Assembly: GCA_944387735.1 (NCBI GenBank)
Contig: CALXGF010000068.1
Span: 1 to 36,121 of the forward strand
Origin: an uncultured Oscillospiraceae bacterium
GTDB lineage: Bacteria > Bacillota > Clostridia > Oscillospirales > Oscillospiraceae
Direction of reading: 5' to 3'
DNA length: 36,121 bases
Positions 8,878 to 16,098 of this stretch are shown here, in pieces (the first letter of the stretch is position 1; each line of letters starts with the position of its first letter). The notes beneath the pieces were generated by a model. The model searched no databases. It was not told where the DNA came from and saw only the letters and a list, made by a program, of their open reading frames with translations. Made by a program: the position numbers and the translations under genes.

Positions 8878-11004
8878 ATGAAAAAAGGGATTGCCGCAGT
8901 ATTGCTTATCTGCCTTACGCTGGTCTTTGCCTCCTGCTCCTCGGAGAAAAGAGAGACGAATTATACCGGGGGAGAGATAGCAGGAAAAGACCTGAGCGGC
9001 AGCGGAGGGGCACGTATTTTCAGCGCAAACACCATTGCCCTGCCTGGCGGAGAGGGCAAAATCACGGACGCAGTGAGGGTCGGAGACCGTATCCTCCTCT
9101 GCTCCGTAGAGGAGGGCAAAAGCTGTTTCTATTTCATGGGCGCGGATCTTGATGTAACGAAGGCGGATATTGCGCTGGATTCTGCCGTTGTTTCCATAGA
9201 CGCCGACTCCGACGGAAACATATATGTCCTGTCCATGGAACAGGACGGGAGCTATATAATAACCAAGCTCAATCCCGCTTTGGTTGTCAGCGGCACGTTG
9301 ATTTTCCCGGCCGATATGGAGGAGGCCCTATGGGACATGACCTTGGGCCCTGAGGGCTATTATATCGAGACCTTCAACAATGTCCTGTGTTACGATCTTT
9401 CTGGCAAATACACAGGAGAACTCGGCCCCTTCCAGGACGCCTTTGATGTCATAAAAAACGATACGGAGCTCATACTGGCGGTATCGGGCGATGATTACAC
9501 TCAGTTCAGCATACTCAGCGGCTTTGAGACAGGGGATACATATAAAGTCTCCATGGCCCTCAGCGGCATATCCGCCGGCCCACGGGCCGGGCATGTTTTT
9601 GCAGTCAATTCGGGAATAGTCTGGGATCTGGACTTTACTTCCGGAAACTATACAGGCTATTCAAACAGCTATGCCAGCGGGGAAGTCGGCAGTTTTATGT
9701 ACCTGTCCCCGGATGCCTATCTGTCCGTGGTCAACGGGGAACTGATGTATTACACCCTGGCCCGGCAGGGGGAGGGCAGCGAAATTCAGACTCTTGTCCT
9801 TGCCACATATGCCCGGGAGGACTATGAGATTTCCGATCTGCTCAACGGTGTAAGCCTGTTCAACGAAGCCAACGGGGATATCAAGATCGACGTGGTAAAC
9901 TACGGCATATACGACGCCGGAAATGCCGAGGGCGCCGGTCTGCAAAAGCTCTACAATGATATTAGCGCAGGAAACGCACCGGACATCTACGACCTGTCCC
10001 TCCTGCCCTACAGGACATTTTACGACAAAGCTCTGCTGGAGAATCTATATCCGTATTTTGAAAGCTCCGGGAATATAAGGGCCGAAGACCTTACGGCCAG
10101 CGTACTGAAGGCAATGGAGTATAAAGGGGCCCTGTACAACCTCGTCCCAACATACACAATCATTACAATGTACGGGCCCGGGGATGTATGTGACAGGGAA
10201 AACTGGAACGCCGGAGCCTTCCTTCAGGTAGCTGATACGGCGGACCTCAGCCTTTTCGGGCCCCAGGTCACCAGATATGAGTTTTTAAAATATCTGCTGA
10301 TGTTCAGCGGAGACGAATACATAAATGAGGAAGAAAGGAGCTGTAGCTTTACAGATTCCACATTTCCGGCCATGCTCTCTGTCGCCAGGAGTTTGCCGGA
10401 GAGCTACGACGGGGCAAACGCCGCTTCAGACGATTTGGGCCTGGTATATACGGGGCGGCAAATGTTCATATTGAGCACCAACGCAAATATTGTTTCCAGC
10501 GTCCATACGGCTGACGCCGTATATGGAGGTAACTGCGTACACGTGGGCTTTCCCTCGGACAATAACGGGGTCATGGTAAATCCATATATAAACCTGGGTA
10601 TGTCGGCAAATAGCGCGGCTAAAGAGGGGGTCTGGCGTTTCTTCGAATATCTGCTCAGCGATGGATATCAAAACGGAATAAGAAAAACCATTCCGGTAAA
10701 GAACACTGCGTTGGACGCCAGGCTGGATTCCCTCTTGTCCAAGTATCTGGAGGTACACAATGTTGTGGTTTTTGCGGATAACAACATGATAAAGGTGCCC
10801 CTTGCGCCAATAAGCGAGGACGTGAAAACAAAGGCCATGGACATCATAGACAGCGTCGACTGCGTGTATTACTGCAACGACGGTCTGTATGATTTGCTGG
10901 TTAGAGAAGCCGAGTCCTATTTCAGCGGAGATTTGAGCGTCGAAAAGGCGGCGGAAAACATTCAATCCAAGGTAAGTATTTATTTGGCGGAGCAGTACGG
11001 CTGA
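8878..11004 (+). CDS. Large lipoprotein with a repeat-like N-terminal half (possibly beta-propeller) and a solute-binding-protein (family 1)-like C-terminal half
   Basis: Signal peptide with lipobox LVFASC. The C-terminal half resembles extracellular solute-binding proteins (NAPDIYDLS, YKGALYNLVP, AKEGVWRFFEYLLS, ending AAENIQSKVSIYLAE). It is a paralogue of the 33691-35910 product. Confidence 0.65.
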   Translation: MKKGIAAVLLICLTLVFASCSSEKRETNYTGGEIAGKDLSGSGGARIFSANTIALPGGEGKITDAVRVGDRILLCSVEEGKSCFYFMGADLDVTKADIALDSAVVSIDADSDGNIYVLSMEQDGSYIITKLNPALVVSGTLIFPADMEEALWDMTLGPEGYYIETFNNVLCYDLSGKYTGELGPFQDAFDVIKNDTELILAVSGDDYTQFSILSGFETGDTYKVSMALSGISAGPRAGHVFAVNSGIVWDLDFTSGNYTGYSNSYASGEVGSFMYLSPDAYLSVVNGELMYYTLARQGEGSEIQTLVLATYAREDYEISDLLNGVSLFNEANGDIKIDVVNYGIYDAGNAEGAGLQKLYNDISAGNAPDIYDLSLLPYRTFYDKALLENLYPYFESSGNIRAEDLTASVLKAMEYKGALYNLVPTYTIITMYGPGDVCDRENWNAGAFLQVADTADLSLFGPQVTRYEFLKYLLMFSGDEYINEEERSCSFTDSTFPAMLSVARSLPESYDGANAASDDLGLVYTGRQMFILSTNANIVSSVHTADAVYGGNCVHVGFPSDNNGVMVNPYINLGMSANSAAKEGVWRFFEYLLSDGYQNGIRKTIPVKNTALDARLDSLLSKYLEVHNVVVFADNNMIKVPLAPISEDVKTKAMDIIDSVDCVYYCNDGLYDLLVREAESYFSGDLSVEKAAENIQSKVSIYLAEQYG

Positions 11005-11060
11005 GCAGGTCCCCCCGCCGTACGGTATTACATATTGAATACCGGAAGATACGGCTTGCA

Positions 11061-11098
11061 AAAAATCCGTGGGCAAGACCCACGGATTTTTATTTTTC
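11061..11098 (+). terminator. Intrinsic terminator ending the sigma/anti-sigma/lipoprotein unit
   Basis: 13-bp perfect stem AAAAATCCGTGGG / CCCACGGATTTTT with a 5-nt loop, followed by ATTTTTCC. Confidence 0.8.
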
Positions 11099-11149
11099 CG
11101 ATTTTCCCGCTTCACCAGTATATAAGCGGTGCGAGGGGTATCTTTTGCC

Positions 11150-11177
11150 TTGTAATTGCTGAAATCTGTGGTATAAT
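11150..11177 (+). promoter_or_regulatory. Candidate extended -10 promoter of the nine-gene glycan-decoration operon
   Basis: TTGTAA at 11150-11155, a 16-nt spacer ending in TGG, then TATAAT at 11172-11177 (a TGnTATAAT extended -10). It lies about 60 nt upstream of wecE. Confidence 0.55.
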
Positions 11178-11240
11178 ATGTTGGTTATTACATTGAATGT
11201 TCCGAATTGTACAAAATATGTCTTTTATGGGGGATTAATG

Positions 11241-12374
11241 ATGATACCTTTTAATGTGCCTCCCTGCACCGGCGACGAGCTGGAGTATATCCGTCAGGCC
11301 ATAGCCAACCGCAAAATATGCGGAGACGGGGAATTCACGAAAAAATGCAGCCATTGGATGGAACAGCGTTTTCATGCCCAGAAGGTGCTGCTCACCACCA
11401 GCGGCACCACCGCCCTGGATATGGCGGCCCTGCTGTGCGAGCTCCGGCCTGGGGACGAGGTCATCCTCCCCAGCTTCACCTTCTCCAGCACAGCTACCGC
11501 TTTTGTGCTGGCCGGGGCCAGGCTGGTGTTCGTGGACATCCGCCCCGACACAATGAATATAGACGAGACTAAAATAGAGGCCGCCATCACTCCCAGGACC
11601 AAGGTCATCGTACCCATGCACTATGCCGGCGTGGCCTGCGAGATGGACGCCATCATGGATATCGCCCGCCGCCACGGCCTGAAGGTGGTGGAGGACGCCG
11701 CTCAGGGCGTTATGAGCTCTTACAAGGGCCGGGCTCTGGGCACCATAGGCGACATGGGCTGCTTCTCCTTCCATGAGACCAAAAACTACTCCATGGGCGA
11801 GGGGGGAGCCCTGCTGATAAACCGGCCGGAATACAACGAGCGGGCGGAAATACTCCGGGAAAAAGGCACCAACCGCTCCAAGTTCTTCCGTGGCCAGGTG
11901 GACAAGTATACCTGGGTGGACTTCGGCGACAGCTATCTGCCCAGCGAGCTCAACGCCGCCTATCTCTGGGCCCAGCTCCTTAAGGCCGACGAGATAAACG
12001 ACAACCGCCTCAACACCTGGAACAAATACCGGGAGGCTCTCCTGCCCCTGGCCCAGTCCGGCAAGCTGGAGCTGCCCACCGTCCCGGAGGGCTGCGTCCA
12101 CAACGCCCATATGTTCTATATCAAGGCCAAGGACCTTGAAGAGCGCACAGCCCTTATCAAGCATCTCAAGGAGCGGGACATCCTGGCGGTGTTCCACTAC
12201 GTCCCGCTGCACTCCGCCCCCGCCGGCTTGAGATTCGGCCGCTTTAACGGGGAGGACCTGTATACCACCTCCCAATCCGACAGACTGCTGCGCCTGCCCC
12301 TGTACTTCGGGCTCGCCGACCAGGACAGGCAGGCCGTTATAAATGCCGTCAGGGAGTTTTATAATGAGCGCTGA
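11241..12374 (+). CDS. wecE: dTDP-4-amino-4,6-dideoxygalactose (dTDP-4-keto-6-deoxy-D-glucose) transaminase, WecE type (DegT/DnrJ/EryC1 family)
   Basis: Collinear from residue 1 with enterobacterial WecE as I recall it (MIPFNVPPCTGDELEYIRQA...KICGDGEFTKKC). PLP-lysine motif CFSFHETKN. Further matches in EKGTNRSKFFRGQVDKYTW and NAHMFYIK. The second ATG (11241) fits the GGGGGA RBS spacing better than 11238. Confidence 0.9.
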   Translation: MIPFNVPPCTGDELEYIRQAIANRKICGDGEFTKKCSHWMEQRFHAQKVLLTTSGTTALDMAALLCELRPGDEVILPSFTFSSTATAFVLAGARLVFVDIRPDTMNIDETKIEAAITPRTKVIVPMHYAGVACEMDAIMDIARRHGLKVVEDAAQGVMSSYKGRALGTIGDMGCFSFHETKNYSMGEGGALLINRPEYNERAEILREKGTNRSKFFRGQVDKYTWVDFGDSYLPSELNAAYLWAQLLKADEINDNRLNTWNKYREALLPLAQSGKLELPTVPEGCVHNAHMFYIKAKDLEERTALIKHLKERDILAVFHYVPLHSAPAGLRFGRFNGEDLYTTSQSDRLLRLPLYFGLADQDRQAVINAVREFYNER

Positions 12375-13872
12375 GGCCGGAGCTTCTCTCTCCAAGGGCA
12401 AAGACGGATATCTGCGGCTCCTAGCCGCCCTGTTCCTTGTCGCCTCGCCTCTTATAATCATGCTCATGCTGTCCCTGCTGTCGGGCCACAACATGTTCCT
12501 GTCCAAGCCCGTCTTTAACGACGAGCTGGATTACTGGCGGCTCATGTATTCCATAAGCTGTCAGGGCTTTGACTTCGGCTCCACGGAGCATTTGGTGGGC
12601 TACGTCGCCCCTATAGGGCCTCTGGGCAGCCACGGCCTGTCGCCGGTGGCGGCCTGGCTGTGGTATGTGCTGCTCTTCCCCATGAGCGACAGCGCCCTGG
12701 TCATCGCCGGAGTGATAATGCTCTCCGCCGCCTTTGCCCTGCTGTGCCTTATAGCCAGGCCCAGCTCCAGGGAAATGCTGCTCATGGGACTGTTCACCCT
12801 GCTCTATCCCCCTCTGGTGAGGTATATTAACCTCTCCATGATGGAGATGCCCTGCTATGCCTGCGTAATCGTCTACATGGCCCTGCTATGGCGCTATGAA
12901 AAGGAGCGCCGGGGACTTATGCCCCCCTCCCGCCGGACTCTGCCTCTGCTGCTTCTCTGCGGCTTCTACTGCACGCTGCTGCGTATGAGCAACGTAGCCT
13001 TGTTCTTCCCCGCCATGCTCATTTTCTGCGACAACAGGCTGAGCCTGAAGCTCTTCATATGCCTGGTTCTCTACGCTCTGGGCACTCTGGCCTTCAACTA
13101 TTGCTTTTCCCTTTTCGTGGCCCCATACCCGGATGTGCTGTACAATCTGATGCAAAGCGGCAGCCTGGGCGAACTGCTTCAGGGCCTGTGGCTCAACATC
13201 AGGGGCAATATCATAAATTTTCTGGACCCCGGCTCGGACAATTCCCCGCCCCAGGCCGCAGCCCGGTATTTCTATCTGCTTTTGCTGCTCCTGCTCTTGG
13301 GAAAGACCCTGCTTAAAAGACAGGACGGCAGGCTGAGCTTCACATGGCGCTGGGATTACTTCGGAGTATTTATCTCCGCCGCCGGCTGCCTGGCCCTGGT
13401 CATAATGATATATTTCGTCTTCGACTGGCGGGATTACCGCACTCTCGCCCCCATAGCCTACTGCGTCGGTCTGTGGCTGCTGCTGCGCTGGGACCGGGAG
13501 GGCCGGGGCTTTAAAGCCGCCCTTGCCGCCGTGCTGCTTTTCGGCGTGCTCATGGCCCCGGAAGCCTACAGCCATGTGGCCTCCGACCCCCGCTTCTATC
13601 CGGACGAGTCCACCGGCCTTGATTACTCTCAGCTCTTCGGAGAGGAGAGCTGCACTCTTGGCCTCTACGGCAGCGATTATGACCTGGCCCTTATGAAAGA
13701 CGTGCCGCCTAATGTGGGTATCTGCGGCGGTATCTATGAGGAAAATACCCACGGCTACGGTATGGACTACATTCTGTCCAGGCCCGGCGACCCCGTGCCC
13801 TCCTCTGAATACTATGAGTACTACGGCCCCATGGAGGGCTATGGGGAGCTTTACCGGCGCCTTAATCCCTGA
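12364..13872 (+). CDS. Polytopic membrane protein (about 11 TM segments plus about 100 aa of C-terminal soluble domain), candidate GT-C-fold glycosyltransferase (ArnT/YfhO/GacL role)
   Basis: The ATG overlaps the end of wecE by 11 nt. The first extracytoplasmic loop after TM1 carries the acidic motif NDELDYW (D53-E54). About 11 hydrophobic segments follow. No family is recognisable by eye, so the function is contextual. Confidence 0.5.
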   Translation: MSAEAGASLSKGKDGYLRLLAALFLVASPLIIMLMLSLLSGHNMFLSKPVFNDELDYWRLMYSISCQGFDFGSTEHLVGYVAPIGPLGSHGLSPVAAWLWYVLLFPMSDSALVIAGVIMLSAAFALLCLIARPSSREMLLMGLFTLLYPPLVRYINLSMMEMPCYACVIVYMALLWRYEKERRGLMPPSRRTLPLLLLCGFYCTLLRMSNVALFFPAMLIFCDNRLSLKLFICLVLYALGTLAFNYCFSLFVAPYPDVLYNLMQSGSLGELLQGLWLNIRGNIINFLDPGSDNSPPQAAARYFYLLLLLLLLGKTLLKRQDGRLSFTWRWDYFGVFISAAGCLALVIMIYFVFDWRDYRTLAPIAYCVGLWLLLRWDREGRGFKAALAAVLLFGVLMAPEAYSHVASDPRFYPDESTGLDYSQLFGEESCTLGLYGSDYDLALMKDVPPNVGICGGIYEENTHGYGMDYILSRPGDPVPSSEYYEYYGPMEGYGELYRRLNP

Positions 13873-13885
13873 TAAGGAGGATTCC

Positions 13886-14440
13886 ATGAACATTTTTGAC
13901 CCCTGCGACCTGCCTGTCATCAATGGGGAAAAGGTCTCCCTTCGCCCTATCGCCAGGGAGGACACTCCCCTTATAGTCGCCTGGCGCAACAAGCCCTCGG
14001 TGTACCGGCACTTTATCTTCCGCCAGCCCTTTACCCGCCAGCTCCATGAGAACTGGCTCAAAACCAGGGTGGACACCGGCAAAGTCATCCAATACATCAT
14101 CATGGAAAATCCCAGCCGCCGCCCCATCGGCAGCGTCTATTTCCGGGACCTTGACCCGGAAAACGAGAGCGCCGAATACGGCATCTTCATCGGCGAAGAG
14201 GACTGCCTTGGCAGGGGCCTGGGTACGGAGACCGCAAAGCTCTTCGTCCGCTTCGGCCTGGATGTGCTGAAGCTGCACCGGATAAGTCTGAGGGTGCTGG
14301 GCGGCAACGACATTGCCCGGCGCAGCTATGAGAAGGCCGGCTTCGTTACCGAGGGAGTCTTTAAGGATATGGTAAAGCTGGACGGGAAATACCGGGACCT
14401 CAGCTTTATGGCCATTATTAACGAGGAGGGAGAGACTTGA
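13886..14440 (+). CDS. GNAT N-acetyltransferase, PseH/RimL-like (predicted amino-sugar N-acetyltransferase)
   Basis: Internal start MNIFD with AAGGAGG upstream. LRPIAREDTPLIVAWRNKPSVYRHF...LHENWL resembles the PseH-type N-terminus. Acetyl-CoA motif LGRGLGTE. Confidence 0.8.
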   Translation: MNIFDPCDLPVINGEKVSLRPIAREDTPLIVAWRNKPSVYRHFIFRQPFTRQLHENWLKTRVDTGKVIQYIIMENPSRRPIGSVYFRDLDPENESAEYGIFIGEEDCLGRGLGTETAKLFVRFGLDVLKLHRISLRVLGGNDIARRSYEKAGFVTEGVFKDMVKLDGKYRDLSFMAIINEEGET

Positions 14441-15375
14441 AACTTGTATCTTTTGTAATACCCTGCTATTGCTCGCAGAATACCATAGGTTCAGTTGTGG
14501 ACGAGATAGAGAGGACCATGCCCTCCCTCCCCCAGTACGACTACGAGATAGTCCTGGTAAACGACTGCTCCCCGGACGACACCTTTTCCGTCCTCTCCGC
14601 CCTGGCGGAAAAGGACGGGCGCATAACCGCCGTTGACCTGACCCGAAACTTCGGCCAGCACGGCGCCCTGATGGCGGGCTTTCATCACTGCCGCGGGGAT
14701 ATCGTGGTCTGCCTGGACGACGACGGACAGACCCCTGCCGACGAGGTGGGCAAGCTCCTCAGCAAGCTGGAGGAGGGCTACGACGTGGTCTACGCCTCCT
14801 ACGAGCATAAACAGCACTCCAGGTTCCGCAACTGGGGCACCCGCATAAACAACAAAATGACGGAGATAATGCTGGGCAAGCCCAAGGACCTGTCCATCCC
14901 CAGCTATCTGGCGGCCAAGCGCTTTATTATTGATGAGATGCTTAACTACAAGCACTGCTTTCCCTATGTGGACGGGCTTGTGCTCCGCTCCACCCGCAGG
15001 ATCTGTAACGTGCCGGTGAACCACCGGCAAAGGCAGCAGGGGGAGTCCGGCTACACTATCGGCAAGCTCCTCAGCCTGTGGATGAACGGCTTCACCTCCT
15101 TTTCCGTCAAGCCCCTGCGCCTGGCTACCTACGCCGGAGTCTTCACCGCCTTCCTGGGCTTTATCTATGCTCTGGTCATTGTAATAAAACATTTCATCGA
15201 CAGCAGCGTCCCCGCCGGCTGGAGCTCCACCATGGCCCTGCAGCTGGTGCTGGGAGGCATAATCCTGGTGGTCCTGGGCCTTATCGGTGAATATATCGGG
15301 CGCATATACATGTGCATCAACGCCTCCCCCCAGTTTGTGGAGCGACAGGTGGTAAAAAAGGACAGTGAGAGCTGA
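14437..15375 (+). CDS. GT2-family polyprenyl-phosphate glycosyltransferase (ArnC/GtrB/CsbB-like), copy A
   Basis: The TTG start overlaps the GNAT stop (TTGA). GT-A motifs VIPCY, VNDCSPDDT and LDDDGQ. Two C-terminal TM helices (YAGVFTAFLGFIYALVIVI and ALQLVLGGIILVVLGLIGEY) are typical of Und-P glycosyltransferases. Confidence 0.85.
   Translation: MKLVSFVIPCYCSQNTIGSVVDEIERTMPSLPQYDYEIVLVNDCSPDDTFSVLSALAEKDGRITAVDLTRNFGQHGALMAGFHHCRGDIVVCLDDDGQTPADEVGKLLSKLEEGYDVVYASYEHKQHSRFRNWGTRINNKMTEIMLGKPKDLSIPSYLAAKRFIIDEMLNYKHCFPYVDGLVLRSTRRICNVPVNHRQRQQGESGYTIGKLLSLWMNGFTSFSVKPLRLATYAGVFTAFLGFIYALVIVIKHFIDSSVPAGWSSTMALQLVLGGIILVVLGLIGEYIGRIYMCINASPQFVERQVVKKDSES
14761..14803 (+). repeat. 43-nt run identical to 17610-17652 (inside GT2 copy A)
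   Basis: AGCAAGCTGGAGGAGGGCTACGACGTGGTCTACGCCTCCTACG occurs in both GT2 genes, while flanking synonymous sites have diverged. Confidence 0.9.
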
Positions 15376-15377
15376 AC

Positions 15378-15743
15378 ATGGAAAAATCCAACAAGAAGGT
15401 ATTTATCGCCCTGCATCTGCTGCTGCTGTTCTATTCCCTGTCCTCGGTGCTCTCCAAGCTGGCGGCGGCGGAGGATTTTCTCAGTTTTAAATTCTGCCTG
15501 TACTATGGGGGAATGTTCTGTATCCTGGTCATCTACGCCCTTGGCTGGCAGCAGATACTCAAGCGTCTTCCCCTCACCGTGGCTTTCGCCAACAAGGCGG
15601 TGACCCTGGTGTGGAGCATGGTCTTCGGCGCCCTGCTCTTCAAAGAGCAAATACAGCTCAATCAGCTCATAGGCTGCGCCCTGGCCGTGGCCGGGGTAAT
15701 ACTCTTCGTACAGCCTGAGAAAGACGGGGAGGCGCAGCCATGA
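15378..15743 (+). CDS. Small 4-TM DMT/EamA-half-size membrane protein, ArnE/ArnF-like flippase subunit
   Basis: 121 aa with four hydrophobic segments. Starts 2 nt after the GT2 stop. Paired with a second small 4-TM protein, as ArnE/ArnF are. Confidence 0.65.
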   Translation: MEKSNKKVFIALHLLLLFYSLSSVLSKLAAAEDFLSFKFCLYYGGMFCILVIYALGWQQILKRLPLTVAFANKAVTLVWSMVFGALLFKEQIQLNQLIGCALAVAGVILFVQPEKDGEAQP

Positions 15744-16087
15744 CAAGGGAAATGCTGCCATATCTGTTTATCGGCTTTTTCAGCGTCTTTGTCTCCTCCG
15801 TGTCTCAGACGGTTTTGAAAAAAGCTTCCCTCACAGAGCATAAGAGCTTTATCCGGGAATACCTGAATCTCCCTGTCATCCTGGCCTACGGCATGTTCTT
15901 CTCCAGCACCCTGCTGACCATGCTGGCCTACAAAAAGCTGCCCCTCAGCATGAGTCCCGCCTTTGAGAGCAGCTCCTATATCTTTGTCACCATCTTCGGC
16001 GTCACTATCTTTAAGGAAAAGGTGGGCCGCCGCAAGCTTTTCGCTCTCTTCCTGATACTCCTGGGCATTATCATATTCACCCTGTGA
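15740..16087 (+). CDS. Small 4-TM DMT/EamA-half-size membrane protein, ArnE/ArnF-like flippase subunit (partner)
   Basis: 115 aa with four hydrophobic segments. ATGA overlap with the preceding gene. Confidence 0.65.
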   Translation: MTREMLPYLFIGFFSVFVSSVSQTVLKKASLTEHKSFIREYLNLPVILAYGMFFSSTLLTMLAYKKLPLSMSPAFESSSYIFVTIFGVTIFKEKVGRRKLFALFLILLGIIIFTL

Positions 16088-16098
16088 TTGGAGCCGCC

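Noticed and set aside
11235-12506. Long antisense ORFs opposite recognised genes. Examples: 1493-2590(-), 4913-5884(+), 11235-12506(-), 12886-14127(-), 20412-21317(-), 22385-23152(-), 23911-24978(+), 27236-28105(+), 29081-29992(+), 30260-31495(+), 31973-33157(-), 35032-35973(-)
   Set aside because: Each lies fully opposite a gene with clear family motifs. Their translations are low-complexity and rich in Ala/Gly/Pro/Arg/His/Gln, as expected for stop-poor reverse frames in high-GC DNA. None has a convincing RBS or domain signature.
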